Source: Marsupella aquatica (lineage: Eukaryota; Plantae; Marchantiophyta). Taken from it: a stretch of 64,000 nt of DNA. The DNA is taken from NCBI GenBank assembly GCA_973895155.1, contig OZ316894.1, positions 1,278,953-1,342,952 on the forward strand, written 5' to 3'. The notes under the pieces are model-generated. The model was not told the origin of the DNA. It searched no databases and worked only from the letters and a program-made list of their open reading frames with translations. The position numbers and the translations under genes are program-made. Positions 1 to 13,844 of this stretch are shown one piece after another. The stretch's first letter is position 1, and each line of letters opens with the position of its first letter.

Positions 1-499
1 AAGCTAGAGTCAGGGTCTATGGTTCTAGAGTGAAGGCTCTAGACCATGACTCTAGCTAGGGCCCAACCGAAGTATAATATGTGCACAAACATGATGGTAT
101 ATTATGTATGACATGAATGGTTGTTTTCTATCGTTTGATTAATATGTTAAGAATGGGAATAGGGAACATATTTGGTTACATTTTATTGTCCTCTTACGTC
201 GCTACTCACATTCAAAGAACGAGTACGTAGTCGGGGCTAGTTGATTGTCAATCACTTTTTAAACCTTTCTTTTGACTAGATTGTCTGAAAGACACAACCA
301 CTAGAGTGGACTAGGAACTCTTTAGTTGTGGGCTTTCAATGATTTATCTTTAAGTGTTTTAAAGATGGACAAAGCTCAATGCATTAAATCTGGGCCAAAG
401 CCAAGAGAGGGCAAAGCTCAACAAAGCTTTAAACCCTGAGAAGCAGCTGCAAAGATGCATCCATCCAAACAATACAAGACCTGAAAATTGCCCTAAAGG

Positions 500-1999
500 C
501 AGAGAATAGCTTTCAATGCATGTTTGCAATGAATGTTTACAGTGAATGTTTAGTGACGATAATCTTAAATTCAATTCCTCAGCATTCCATGATGTATTCC
601 AAGGCTTGATTAGGATGTAACTTGATCAAATGTTGATGTTTTGAGCATGAGTTTGAGCAAAACTCCCTCAAGGGTCCTTTTGATGAGGTTACAATAGTGA
701 CCTTTATGATAATGGTCAAATTCAGGAATCCTATACTTAATTTATGGTGTAGATTAGTGGTGAGTACTCTTGTCTGGTACCATGAGTACAATTGTTAGAG
801 GGGGTGGTGCCTTGCCTCCTAAATAAACCTAAGGAGCCCTCCTATTGCTTCATGCACCCATGCCTAATTAGTTGGCAAGAAAGTATAATTTTATGGTAAC
901 TAGTTCCAATCTAAAACAACTGAAGTGGATTATCCAAGCACAAATTTTCTGTAAAAGAAGTGATGCCTTGGCCCTTGATTATAAACTAAAGTGGGTCTTG
1001 TTTTGCTTTGTGCTCTCTACTGTGCCTTGTCAATTTGTAATGACATGTGCCAGCTAACTTTAGACAACAAAAACTGAATGGGGTTGGTGCTATTTGGATG
1101 AAAAACCAAATAACAAACCCTCATATATGTGTTGTCTAAACACTATAACAGTAACTCCCACTCTTTATTTCCCATGGTCTTTTTATGAAATGTGGAAACC
1201 TTCATGGCCATTGGATTATTGTGAATGTTTTCCTAATCATGAGATGGGTCTATAATTGCCACTATGTACCTTAACTTTCCAACACTCAACCCATCATGTA
1301 CTCTCCTTGCAGCTTGCACACTCTTTGAAATTCACTTGCCATGCACTTACTTACGGTGGCTTTACAAAAGAAGTTGAGGGCAGTTTCCACATGTTTTGGT
1401 CTCCAAGATCTGATCAGGGACATCCATTTGAAAGGAACTTCTGTTGTTCACTTTACAAAACATTTGGGGCACTTTCAACCAAACTTCTTACCAATCCTAA
1501 ATGGAATGGAGTGGGGCTTAATTTTTGCTTAATATGTGGAGCACTCTTTTGTCCTAGATTTTAGACCACCTCTCTTGGAGGTCTCTTCTTCTGGCCCCTT
1601 GGTCCATTCCTATTTTAAGTCATTTGCATTCAAAAAAGGCACCCACAAGTCCATCATAAGTTCTTCTCTTGTCACATCTATCCAAAGAATATGTGACATT
1701 CAGGTGGAGTAGGTCCTCAATCTGTCTTTTAGCAAACTAATCTAGCACCACTGGCTGCACCTCCCTTTACAAGACCTTGGGAGCCATAAAAGGATTCCAA
1801 AAATGCTTACAACCCAGGACACTTTATTTTTGTGTGTGCAATTGCCCTCCAGTTTCCTTTGGCAAAACAACCTCCCAAGTGCCCCCAATGTCTTCTAAAG
1901 TCCTCCTTATGGTCCCTCTTAACATGCTCAAAAACACTTCAACTCAACATCACTTATTACCAACAATATTGTGCAATGCACAGACGTTGGCCTAGTTCC
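500..1999 (-). mobile_element. Highly decayed LINE (L1-like) ORF2/RT remnant, interrupted by the hAT-like element
   Basis: Minus-strand fragments resemble RT-region motifs in the expected order: NYRPIS near 1235-1256, an LD..Y.RV-like stretch near 1110-1140 and RQG..PL near 800-820. Many stops; boundaries are approximate. Confidence 0.4.
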
Positions 2000-2065
2000 C
2001 CATGAACCCCGGTTTGGACTTGTCCGACAAATAGAGGCCTTTGGACTTGACAACCGACAAGTTGT

Positions 2066-2600
2066 CACCCGGTCCACCCCGGTCCCCGGTCCGGCTCCCG
2101 GCCGGTAATTCCCGGCCCGGCTACTATCCCCGGAATGTTACCCGGTTCCATCCCGGCCCGGCCCGTCGCGACCAGAAAATCCCGGCCCAGCTCGTGTATT
2201 TGGAATCAGCACCGCTCTCCCGGCCTGTGTATATGTGGCCGGCCCGGCCCGGCCCAGTCTCAGGAGTATGTGGGGAGCCGGGAATGGGGAATAGGGAACA
2301 CGAGCCAGGAGTGGGGAATAGTGGAACGCGAGCCGGGAGTGGGGAATAGTGGAATGTGAGCCGGGCCGGGCCGGGCCAGGCGGGGGGGGGGGCAGGCAAG
2401 CCGGGCCGAGGGGGGGCGAGGCGAGCTGGGCTGGGCCGGGAGGGTGAGGGCCGGGCCGGGGATGCGGGGCGGGGCGGGGCGGGGCGGGGCGGGGCGGGGC
2501 GGGGCCGGCGCATTTTAGGGTTAGGGCCTGCCGGGTTGGCTCGGGAGGGCTCGGGAGGGCAAGCTCGGGTGGGCCGGGCCGGGCCGGGGCCGGACCGGGG
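2066..2600. repeat. GC-rich GGCCCGG/GGGGC low-complexity array inside the hAT-like element
   Basis: Dense CCGGCCCGG, (GGGGC)n and GAGCCGGGA(A/G)TGGGGAATAG repeats read directly from the sequence. Confidence 0.85.
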
Positions 2601-3698
2601 CATAAGAAGGAATATGCGACAAATAGAGGGATATACTTAGTGGACCTCCAAATGCAACTTTCTCTCTTAATGGACCAAAAGTTTCCCACGCCCTCCCAGT
2701 GGACCTCTGGGCCCACCAGAGGTACCATTTTGTGTGATATGTTCTTCTAACACATTGTGCAGTTCTTATAATGCGAGATTGTCACTGTAAAACGCAGCAT
2801 GTTCTATTGTTCTTCAGTGTCTGACCGCGTCGCCGAATGCGGTCGACTACGATCGCAGTTTTGAGTGAATCAATGTATCCTGCAATGTAGACATTGACAA
2901 CAATGCGTACAAACATTAACCATGATGTCAAACAAACCTTATGTTGTGCGGCCGCATAATGAAATAGAGCCTCATAGTTAGATCATGTATACATTGACAT
3001 CACTGTATAAATGACCACAATGTTGGATGAACCAAGCATAGTGCAACCACAACATATACAAAGCAGTGTAGACATTTACAGCCATGTATAAAAAATGTAT
3101 TAGATTATATATAGTTAAACAAATTAGGGTTTGGAGTAACCGTTCGCTTAGGCGCGGAAAAGCTAAACATGCTTATATCTTCAATAGAATACAGGGTGGA
3201 TAATGTTTTCAGAGGATGACCCGCCAAATCACTGACATGTTACAGAACTTTTGCACGTTCTTGTCATTTCACACGACACTTTTTTTGTGCACATGCTTTG
3301 CGCGTGAGCTCGCACGGCAGGGTCGTGAGTGTTTCCACTCCCCTAATGTGTACAGTACGCTTAGAGGGACAGTGTCAGGCATGGAGGACAATGACTCAAT
3401 GCATTTGTGGACCAGAGGTGATGTTTGGGAAGTCAATGTCCCCTATCATGAGAGGGCACGAACGTAAGACACACAAGAACGTCAGAGGGCTCGAAAGAAT
3501 GTTGAGAACCCCCCGAGGATATTGGATGGCAGAACTGCTGAAGAAGGTGCCATCAGATTGTTTGGACATTTCTTATTTTCATACAATGTGTGTCAATCCA
3601 ATGTGATTTGAAAGTATGACACCGTTTGAGTTCCCATCCAGGCATGTAGCTTCCGCACATGAACATTGATGTCATTGTATACATATTAACGTGATGAC

Positions 3699-6600
3699 AT
3701 GTCTTCCTCTGTTACAGTGGCAGCAGAGGCTGCTCGAATCAAGTTGGGAGAGCACTTCAATAGCTTTGAAGAGTTTGATCGGTGCCTAGATTCTCTGGCT
3801 GTGATGAATGGTCGAGCCATGTCCAGATACAAGACGTTTGCAAATCGATGTATTCGTGTATGCAGGTTTGGAAAGATTGCTAGATCGAAATAGGTAGTCG
3901 ATGATGAGGCAGCTTGTGATGACCATGGTGACAATGACAGCATTGGTTCACATGCTACGGAGGAACCAAACCAGTGGCAGCTTCAATTTGAGGAAGAGGA
4001 TGAAGAGTCAGAAGGTGAGCATGAGTTTCATAGCAGATATGGCCATTGGAGTGGAAGACGATCGAAAGGACCAAGGTCTCAGACATTGCAGCAAACTACA
4101 CAACAAGAGAATAGATATCGCAGTCAAGCAGAGGTGTGTGCTACCGCTGCTACTGCCACCAATGCCACACCTTTTTTTATTTTGGGACATCCTACAATCA
4201 CTTGCTCAAGTTCTTGGTGTGTACAATCATGGGGTTTTGCAGATTGAAGATCGTCAATTTCATAATGCCATTAATCAGATCACTCTTGCTCGTCAGCAAC
4301 CTCGTGCACCGCTTTCAGCCATTCAAGCAAACACCATGCAGACAAATGTGTCATTGTCTACACAACAATCCGTGCACCAAAATGCACCTATATCTGTACA
4401 ACAAACTGTGCACATAAATACTGTTTTGTCTACACAAGGAAGAGTTGTGCACAACAGACCAAAGTCCATAGTCCAACACACTAGCGTTTGGTTACCTGGT
4501 TTGCAACACCCACATAAACCTGGTCAACAGAAAACTAGGAAGCCATCTGCAACTGGAGCTTGTGGACAATTGTCCAGATCTAAGTCCTCTCAACCAGGAC
4601 CAGAAGACTTGCTTTACTTAGAGGAGGAATGTCCTTTTAGAGTACGTTGCAATAGAGTGAAGGGTGGGGGTCATATTATCACTATATGTGAACTAACACA
4701 TACTTGTGCTGCTCACATTCACAAGTGGTGAGCTCCTACTCACAAGTCTGCATGGTTGGGGGTAACATTGGCTCCAAGAATCATCAGAAATCTGAAAATG
4801 CCTGTGAAGGAATTGCTGTCTGGTTTCCAAGGTGACTACAAGCAAGGAAGTAACTACCAGCAAATGTGGCGGGGCAAAGATCTTGTAGGGCATTGGACCG
4901 CAGGCTCACAGAAATCATCTTTTCAGATGATCCCAACATTGATTGATAGGATTCGAGAGACAGACCCTGGCTGTGTTGCACATTGGTGCACTATGGAGGA
5001 CTCCACCATTTTTTGCAGAGCATTCATATGTCCATCTGCCACCAGGAAAGCACTTAACTATACTCAGCCGATGGTTAGTTTAGATGCTTGTCACACCAAG
5101 AATAGAATATCCAACTCAACTATTTTTAGCTACATGCCTGGATGGGAACTCAAACGGTGTCATACTTTGCTATGGAGTAGCACCAGTTGAAAACACAGAG
5201 AACTGGCTTTGGTTTCTTGAATTAATGGACAGAGCTGTATATGGCATTGGTAGTCAAGACATTGTCATCATGTCAGATTGGCAAAAGGGTCTCACTGCTG
5301 CTGTAAGTCAGATTTGGCCAGGTAACACCCTTCCACGCTTAGATTGCTTAATTCTGTCAAATTTGAGAGTTATGATGATACTATGCTAACTGGAGTACAA
5401 AATTTAATTTATTATTTTTGGACAGTAGGAAAGATCCATGCACAGTGCGCAAATCATTTGAGGGCAAACGTGAAGACCAGGCATGGTAGAACAGCAAGTG
5501 AATTCTTCTACGGATGTGTCTATGCCAATGATGTGCACCAGTAAGTAAATACACTCACTAGGACCAATATGAAAGCAATTTGCCTATTCAGACATTGTGC
5601 TTGATGTATTCTATATATTTTGACATTGTGCTTGATGTATTCTGTCTCTGTAAACATTGTCACTCATGTATTCTGTCTCTTTCAATTCAGATATGAGTCT
5701 GTGCTACATCGACTGTCTGGTTCATTGATAGCCGGCAAGGGAGTTGATGCAGCACATTACATCCGCGGTCTGGATGTGAAATGTTATGCCAGGCATGCAT
5801 TCCCCCTCCCTCGCGTGGGTAAGGTCACAGGTAATCCAGCCGAGCAAGCAAATTCTGGATTATTACCATTCCGTCTCCTAGCACCTGGAAAGTTGTTGGT
5901 GGCTCTTTGGGTGCACATTCAACAAAAGTTTAAAGACAGGAGAATAGAGGTTGCATGCAGACAAGAACCACTGTCAAAACCAGCACAACTACGATACAAT
6001 ACCAACTTGCAGAACTTCCAACAATTCCAGGTGCAAATTGGCTCTTTCTTTTCCTTTTGTAACGAACATTTTCACCACATGTGGAGGATGGATTGTCTCA
6101 CGCTTCATATTTCATACTGTCATGCTACAGGTATTCAGTGATGGTCAATCCAGTGCCAAAATTCAGACTACAACAGGGAGTGAGGAGATCTTCTCACTTT
6201 GTCACCAAAACCAAAGTGCACTTGCATGGAGCTGCAGGAGATGGTTTGGCCATGCCAACATATGTTGGCATGGGATGATGAAACAGGAAAGAATCCGGCT
6301 AGGCATTTTCATAAATGCTGGCGGACACAGTCTTTGGTTTTACTTTATGATGGTGTATTACCTAGCTTTGTTTCCACTCACCTTCCATTGAGCTTAAGTT
6401 GTCATGCTCCAGAGCTTGCTATAGTGAATGGGCGACATAGAATGGTAAGAATTCATGGGGAAACTTGTTCCAGGGCTTTAGGGAATGGGGAGGACCTCCA
6501 TCTTGATCCAACAGGAAGGCTGTGTCTCAGATATCCAATGGATGATGACAATGAGAGAGGCATTCTGTTTCCAAGTGCAAACTCTGCGAGTGGCCTCCAA

Positions 6601-7056
6601 TGGTTGAGATCCTACCTAAGAAAAGGAAGCGGGGTAATGTAAAGTGTACGTGCAGCAGGTGCGGAAAAGGTGGCCACAACAAACGATCTTGCAAAGAAGT
6701 TTTAGTTGCCCAAACAACTGAAGATGATGAACAGGTACAAAATGTTATAATGTTGCAAGACAGAGAAGGTCCATATAAAAGTCCTAGTTTCATAAGAATT
6801 TGTTTACTTATTCTAGTGTTATTGTAATGCGCAGGTGGAGGGGGAAGAGCATGACAATGTGAACAATGCTGGAGAAAGTGAGTGGCTTGTCACCGTTGGA
6901 GCACCAACAATAGGCAGTGGTACTATGCCTTCCAATCCACGCATTCAAAACTCCTTGGATTATGAGTGGGCACGGCGCATCACTGAACTTGCTGAAGAAG
7001 CTGCTGATAATTGCCCTTATTTTGGGCTACCTCATGAAGTAGATATCACAGAATAG
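3699..7056 (+). pseudogene. MuDR/MULE transposase pseudogene (MULE DDE domain, SWIM finger, zinc knuckle), intron-containing
   Basis: Motifs SLDACHT, YGVAPVENTENWLWFL, IMSDWQKGL, CANHLRANV and NPAEQANS; SWIM CTC...WPCQH; CCHC knuckle CSRCGKGGHNKRSC. Disabled by in-frame stops (TAG 3891, TGA 4729) and frameshifts near 5105, 6195 and 6590. Confidence 0.9.
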
Positions 7057-7104
7057 ACATATACATCACAGTCTACTATTCACTATATTGGGAAGTTAGA
7101 TTGT

Positions 7105-7330
7105 CGGAGGGACAATTTTTTTTCCAAGTGTGAAATCTGAATACAATGTCCAAAGTGTATACATGAAAAAGGTATTTCTATGTTGAAACTCCATAGGTTT
7201 TGTCCATTTGGGCAGGCTTCGGCGGAGGGACAATTTTTTTTCCAAGTGTGAAATCTGAATACAACGTCCAAATCGTATACATGAAAAAGGGTTTTCTGTG
7301 TTCAAATTCCGTAGGTTTTGTCCATTTGAC
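7105..7330. repeat. About 118-bp tandem duplication between the 3' ends of the two convergent MULE genes
   Basis: CGGAGGGACAATTTTTTTTCCAAGTGTGAAATCTGAATACAA...TAGGTTTTGTCCATTTG occurs twice. Confidence 0.85.
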
Positions 7331-7552
7331 AGTGGGGCGTCTTCGTCGTAAAGTCAGAGAAAATGTGAATACAACATAAATATTGTATCCCAGACACAGA
7401 TCTACTATGACCATTTTTGGAACAGATCATGTTATATAGTCTTGAAAGAGAGCAAGAAATGTAGGAACATTTCATATTTATTATCATGAACACATTGGTG
7501 ACAAAACAGGGTAGGTACCCTAGACTATCCCTCAAATATTGCTAATTGTACC

Positions 7553-7916
7553 CTAAACTTCATCCACATTACTAATCATTTTATCGATTGCCTTGTGAAA
7601 AGAGGTAACATCAGCCTGGCTACAATCTTGGAGAATTTGTGATGCGTGCAAGGAATCCAAAATATCGTCCTCCTGCACAGTGCCCTCTTGTGGTACAGAC
7701 CCAGGGATTACAAATTCACTTTGCGCCTTGCCCAATGGCCCACGAACTATCAATTTTCTCCTACGTCTACTTGCATATGGGTCTGGTTGCACATCAGGTG
7801 GTTTCTGGTACTCCTGCAAATTCACATATGAATGCAATCAGCAAAGAAACACATCTTACCAATCAATCATGCCACCCAAGTCAATTACAGAAGGTGTGCT
7901 CCCTACCGGTGCAGTC
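7553..7916 (-). pseudogene. 3' exons of the MULE convergent accessory gene, distal to the CACTA insertion
   Basis: Removing the CACTA and one ACC copy gives the continuous frame ...SAIPSGEV/TAPVGSTPSVIDLGG. A GTAAG...TTGCAG intron follows, then an EYQKPPDVQPD...NVDEV* reading frame; the splice phase does not join cleanly. Confidence 0.6.
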
Positions 7917-9188
7917 ACCCACTAGTAGAAACCGGGGCAATTTAGACCATACCTTATAGGACTAAGCCCACTAAGTCCTTTTTCCATACTTGAAACGACT
8001 CGCACCCATTGCACCAGTTTTGTTGAAGACTACAAAAGACTATTAGTGTTTTATGGTTCACTAAAAGACTATGAGAAGTAACCTTGCTACTTTGTGAACG
8101 GTGAATAGTCTAGCACATCATGGGTAATGTTCACTTATGTTGAGGAGGGGTAATTCTGTAAAGAGGGAGATAGCAAGGGGCATAACTCAATAAATGGCCT
8201 TATTTGTGACAAAAAAGGTTTTGGAGTGAGGTTCATGGAGGGTGGACTACGGAGGGATCGATTACTAACTCCATCAATAAAAGGCCAAGATGCACAAAGG
8301 TAGATTTGTACCGGTCTCAAGGGGGTGTGGGTTTAGGGTTAGGGGGTTGTCCAGGCAAAGAACACTCGATTGAAATAGTGACGCAATGGTTTAGGGTAAA
8401 GGAACATGTTTAGGGACCCTAACTTGTTTGCTGCCTTGGGAGGATCTTGAGAGCCTGAGCTTGCAAGCGGCATGCACTCTAAAAATGGCCCTTGGCATTG
8501 CAAAGATAGTCTGGCCACAGTCGAGTTGTGAAGACGTTTAGGGGGTTTATATGTCAAGGCTAGGGGGTGGCTGGGTTTTCACTAAAGGGGGTTTAGGGGG
8601 GTTTGATGTCAAGGGTCGGGGGTTGCATGTTAAGGGGATGGGGGTTTAGGAACCATTGGATCGTTGGCATCATGTCCATTGACATCATGTTCCCCATCAT
8701 GTCCATTGACATCATATATGTCGGGAAAGATAATTGACAAATTATTCATGAGGGTAGGCAATTTGGACAATGTTCAATTGTGTTCAGGAGGGGTAATTGC
8801 ATAAATTAAGAGGGTGATGACAAGGGGCATCACTCATTAAATGGCCTTATTTGTGACCAAAAGAGGTTTGGTTTAATGAAGTTCGATCACCACAGATATT
8901 TGCTAAGGCCAAAGTATTTGTTTAGCGACACTACACTAAGTTGTCACTCACAACACTTGAGTGAATGGAGGGGGTTTATGGAGGGTCAGGATAATCTTGC
9001 CGTTACCATGTCGGCAACACCAGTGACTTTGGTAAGGGTATCCCAAGCTAGGGGCCTGTACCGCTTGCAGTACCGTTTGGACACCCGAGTCGCGCGACCG
9101 TTGGAAGGGAACAAGCCGGTTATGCAACTTTGCTTACACTTAGCAGGTTGTTGATGTGTTTAGGGATCCCGCCACATTCCCAACTTGC

Positions 9189-9320
9189 GGAGCAAGGTTT
9201 ATTGTGTTCTCTTGGTGGGATCGGGAGTTTAGGGATTGGAGCAAGGTTTTATCGTGTTCTCTCGATGGGATTGGGAGCTTAGGGATCGGAGCAAGGTTTT
9301 CCGTGTAATCTTGGTGGGAA
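9189..9320. repeat. About 49-bp tandem repeat (2.5-3 copies) in the CACTA left arm
   Basis: GGAGCAAGGTTTT...GTGTTCTCT...TGGGAT.GGGAG.TTAGGGAT repeated; a partial further copy lies near 9386-9403. Confidence 0.8.
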
Positions 9321-12300
9321 CGTCTCTACAGTGAGGTTTAGTGTTCCCATTTTCTTGTGGTCGGCTCTGTGGAATCCGAGAAGAGGGATCGGGAGTTTAG
9401 GGATGCTGCAATGACCGGCTCTCGAAGGGTGAGGTGAGACAACCTATTCAACGCCCTTTTGCTGCACCCTTAAGCTGTTGAGCTGCCATTGAGCTGGTGA
9501 AGCTGCATGCGGGTTGCATCTGTTCTACGGGCGCACTATCTGCCTGGTTTATGGATTGTGGACTTTGTGGGGAGCGACAATCGGTAACAACGTGAAGGCC
9601 ATCAGAGGCTGGGCAAAGCAGTTTAGGGTGCTGTGGTCGAGGAGGAGCTCACCACAAATTGGGGAGAAGACGCGGGTGACGAGCTGGGGGCGGGGAGGAG
9701 CTGCAGTCAGGGAGGATACAGACCGTCTACAGAACGACTGGCAGTCGGAGCGGCGCAGGAGCTTAGAGTGGGCCAACGCCAGCTGAATACAAGCCAGGAG
9801 TTGCATAAGGTGAGAGTCCAAGTTTTGTGTTGCTTTAGTGTTCGAGCAGCGTGCTGCCATTTCAGCCATAGTGCACCGCCTTTGAAGCTCCCATTGTCAG
9901 GGCTGGTAAGACATCACGGCTACATTGCTTTTCTTTGTTGTCCTCTGTCTTTTTGTGGGGACAACCTACTTGATTTGAGCTGCGCAAATTGTCATAAGTT
10001 AAGGCATGCGTCATGCCATCTGGATAGTGTGCCACCGAACTGTGGGAGGATGAGCAACGCGTGGCTGTAAGCAGGTATTCTGTCAGCACAGGCGAGACTT
10101 CATTGTTAAAATCCTATTGCCTGCAATGTGTCTTGTAATGTGTTTTTCCTCATTCAATCAGGAGCTGAGAAGGGTATTGTTAGGCTTCAATTACTCTGTG
10201 TTTTTCTCCAGCTCCATGGTACAGTTTGTGCTTTGTCTGGCGCCCATGCTCCGTCGATCGTAGAGCTAGGTCAACCGAGCTTTGAAGAGGGAGGCTGTGG
10301 GAGCTCCTTACTGTGCTGCAGCTGCTCTTCGATCAACGGTGTAGAGATTGTAGCTACGATCAGTGTTTGCGGAGCTGCCAGCCGGGTGCTTCGATAGTAG
10401 AGAAGAGCAGCCACAGTGATTCAGTCCTTCTCCTACGTGCAACCAAGGACCCCCTGTGCATCGTAAAGTGTGACCTCGGAGCTGAGCTGCGCACTGTCTC
10501 TATTACATGCCTTGTTGTTCTCTATTACATGCCTTGTTCTCCCGTCCACTATTTCCTGTGATTTTCTTTCTTCTAGAAGAGAATGGTGATTTCTTCTTCA
10601 ATCAAACAAAACCCCACCCAACCACCACCCAAGAACGTGGGGTGCGCGCTTCTCAATCCTCCTCAAACTGGCCCCAAGTCTGCTGAAACCCCATATATTA
10701 CCCACCGGCACCAAGGGTCCAGTCCCAACCCGTCTTCCGCTTGCCACCCTCCTCACTCTCTCGCGCATCTATCTCCCGATATTTCACGCACAGCCGAGCC
10801 CACCAAAAGCTCTCTCCCTACAATCCCTCCTAAATCAACTTTCTCGTTTCCTGTTGCTGCTGATGTATGTTTGTTCTCCCCTATTTTTGTTTACTGATTG
10901 GTCTCTCCACACTTCCTGCTTGACATTACTGTTTTGCTCCTCCTGGATCCAAACATGCCTTGTGCCCCGTGCTCCAACCTGCATCCTTTTCTTTACTGAG
11001 GGGGGGACCACAGCCTCCAGCCATACCTTGTGGCAGGCCTGGTCAAGACGGTGGTCGGTAGCTCGTTTTTGCTTTTTTCTCTTTTGTTTCCCAAGCTTCT
11101 GGGCGAGGGCATTACCATTCTGGATTCTCCGCGAGGCGCCACTAGCTTTTTTTCTCGGTTGCCCGTGTGCCTGCCTTCTTAGTTTTGTTTTTTCCTCAAG
11201 TGACCGGGCCATCGCTGTATGCAGATTTTTCTTGTTGTATTCATGTACAATATTTTATTGTTCTATCTAGGTTGTGGCAAGCCAACAAACTGTTGACAAC
11301 CAACATGGAATAACAACTATGCAGTGCAATGGCAGAGGACACTGTCCAATATAGGAATGACATGGTTATGTTTTCAATTCCCTGCTTGGATGAGGCGTGG
11401 TGTTGCTTGTAATCATGTATTTCTTCACACTAGAAAAGCAGTCTGTCGGATGAGGTTGTCGGGATTGTTTGTGGGTCAGTCATCTTACGGACACCTAGCA
11501 ACGTCAAATGAATGGTGGAAACGGGCCATGTTGTCATTTTGAAATTTGTCTTTCCTTTTGCCATGCTACCCAATCATTTTGTTAGTCCATGAGTCATAGA
11601 TTCATAGATTCTATGTTTTGTGCTTTGTCTAGAATGCTATGGCGCCCATGCTACAATTTGTGGTTTTTGTCTAAGCACAAATCCTCTCTGTGCCTGGTCT
11701 CTGTGTACCGTCATTTGGATTGATTGTGCAGACGTTTCCTCTTCTCCCAGTCCTTGTCATCCACCAGCCAAAGCACATTGGATTGTTTTCAAAGGAGGGC
11801 TGTGTAGTTCGGAGGGTTTGATCTATGCAGCGGATTTGAGCAGATTGGCGGTTGTTAGTTTCTTCTTGTAAAACCTGTCTGTCTTTTCTGCTTTTGGCCA
11901 TGCTCCTTCACTTGTTGCTGCAAGCTCAATGTGCTTCAGCTATGGCAATATTCACTTACCCTGTCCCAACGGCACTGCCATGAGCTGTAGGACAGCCAAC
12001 AGAAGCAGATTGTATCAATTGCATGTAAGTCAGGGTATTTTATGTATTGCGGAACAACTGTCCAAGTATGCTGCAATGGTCCATCTTGCAGAGCTGAATG
12101 AGCCAATTTCATTTTCCCTGTGCACTTCTATTTCTCAGAGAATTCCCTGGTCATGCTCATTTCCCCCAGAGTTAGAAAACAAAGAAGAAGAGCTGACTAA
12201 TTGTAATTCCAATCCATATCCTGATCGGTCAAGGATTGTTCACTACATTGGCCTTGTCATTGGCCGAGGTCACCAAATTTTGCTTGGTTTCATTCCTGTG

Positions 12301-12725
12301 GAGCACTGCTGTGATGGATTTGTCGTAGCATTCTGCAAACTCTCACGGTTTGCTTATGGCCATTATTTGCAATTTGCTGCTACTAATATGTCTTCTTCTG
12401 AGCAGCATACACCAGAAGTAAGCAATAGTGGAGGTTTAACTGCACATCAACACATCTAGTGAACTACCTCTCTGCTGCTCACTGGAGGGTGAGACTTTCA
12501 CTCTTTCTGGATATTGTAGTTTGTAAGCAAGTTGATTAGGAGTGTTTCATGCTATGTTTACACTGTGACCCCTAGCTGGAACCAATGGAATGACACAGTG
12601 AGTGGGAACTGATAATTTAAGGTTGGTTGCTGTTGGTGAGGCAAGTACAGCTCCTGCTCACCTTGCTGATCGAAGGTGCTTATCAGAGGACGTGAACACA
12701 CGACATCTCCACAAAAGCAACACTT

Positions 12726-13175
12726 ATGGTGAGGACCCGCAACGCTGAACATGTGCGGGTTGCACGCAAGGCAGAGATGTTGCGCCTTGAGTATGTCAGA
12801 CTTGGGATCCTTCCAGCCCAGTCTGCATGGTACTTTGAGTACCCAGTTGTTGCCAGGAACAACTACAGTCGGCCTGTACCTGCTTCTCCACCCTTCCCAA
12901 CATCCTTGGTATTTCTGTCTCTTGTACATGACCCGCCACAAATTAGGGCCCAAGGGTGTGTGCACAGTTGCCAATATGACTGTCCTGCCTGTAGGGCTTC
13001 TGGCCTAGAGTTGGATGACCGTTCTCTTGGATGTCGGTTTTTTCACAGAGCACAATGTATCATCTGGAACCACTCGCCATCCTGCAGTGTGCCTGGCAAT
13101 GTCACTTGTCCTGCCCTCCCAGACCCCACCACCGGTCACTTTGGTGTCTACACATGTTTGGATCACACGCTCTAG
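12726..13175 (+). CDS. Small Cys/His-rich protein, possible degenerate PHD-like zinc finger (CACTA cargo)
   Basis: Intact 149-aa ATG ORF. The C-terminal half has CVHSC..CPAC...GCRFFH...C...YTCLDH, resembling the CxxFYHxxC...YTCPLH spacing of EDM2/NSD fingers. Confidence 0.45.
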   Translation: MVRTRNAEHVRVARKAEMLRLEYVRLGILPAQSAWYFEYPVVARNNYSRPVPASPPFPTSLVFLSLVHDPPQIRAQGCVHSCQYDCPACRASGLELDDRSLGCRFFHRAQCIIWNHSPSCSVPGNVTCPALPDPTTGHFGVYTCLDHTL

Positions 13176-13844
13176 AGGACCACTTGTCACACCGCATGCA
13201 CAAACCAGAGACCATTGACCTATAACTTAACACTTTGACTTGAACAGAGAGGATATTTACTTAAGATTTTGAATTATGACCAATTTTGGGTCCAGGGTTT
13301 AGGGTCAACAGTACATAACTTATCCTATTATGGCTGCACTAAGTACAATATCCTAATTTAAGAGGCTAGCAAGCTCACTTAAAAGTCTCCTTTCAAAGAC
13401 TGGAATTAATGGGCCATGTGATAACCTGGAAAAAGTGATTTATGCCTAACTTATTTGTCTCATTCACTATCATAGCCTATTTAGGATGTATAAATTACAA
13501 CCCTGATCACACTGCTTGATACCAATCCTGTTCAAAAAATGCCTGTTTTACATGTCACGACTGTTATATGTGATTCAAATGCATTAAATCTTGTTGCAGA
13601 TCTCCTTTGGTGAATCATAGCCACAAAATTGAGGTGTAGGTGGAGCTATTGTACGAGGGGATCAGTTTTTAGTGTGGGCTCAACAAACCAAAAAGTATGT
13701 CTACTCTGCACATGTGTGTGAACATTTCATTGCAGTAGCAATTGCCACTCTAGTCTATATGCTACACTGTACTTTTTGTACACTGCACTAAATTGTATTG
13801 TCTGTGCACTCTGCTAAATTGTACTATCTGTCTCATGCGTAGGC

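Noticed and set aside
2041-2728. Overlapping Pro/Arg/Gly-rich ORFs on both strands
   Set aside because: Artefacts of the stop-poor GC-rich repeat array of the hAT-like element; one runs across the MULE junction.
3901-4240. N-terminus of the 276-aa ORF as a separate gene
   Set aside because: Wrong frame plus intron; the real MULE reading continues from ORF 3699 through the TAG at 3891 and splices to about 4243.
10835-11212. Lys/Arg-rich minus-strand ORF as a definite CACTA gene
   Set aside because: The composition can be explained by T-rich plus-strand sequence and there is no domain; kept only as part of an unexplained-region finding.
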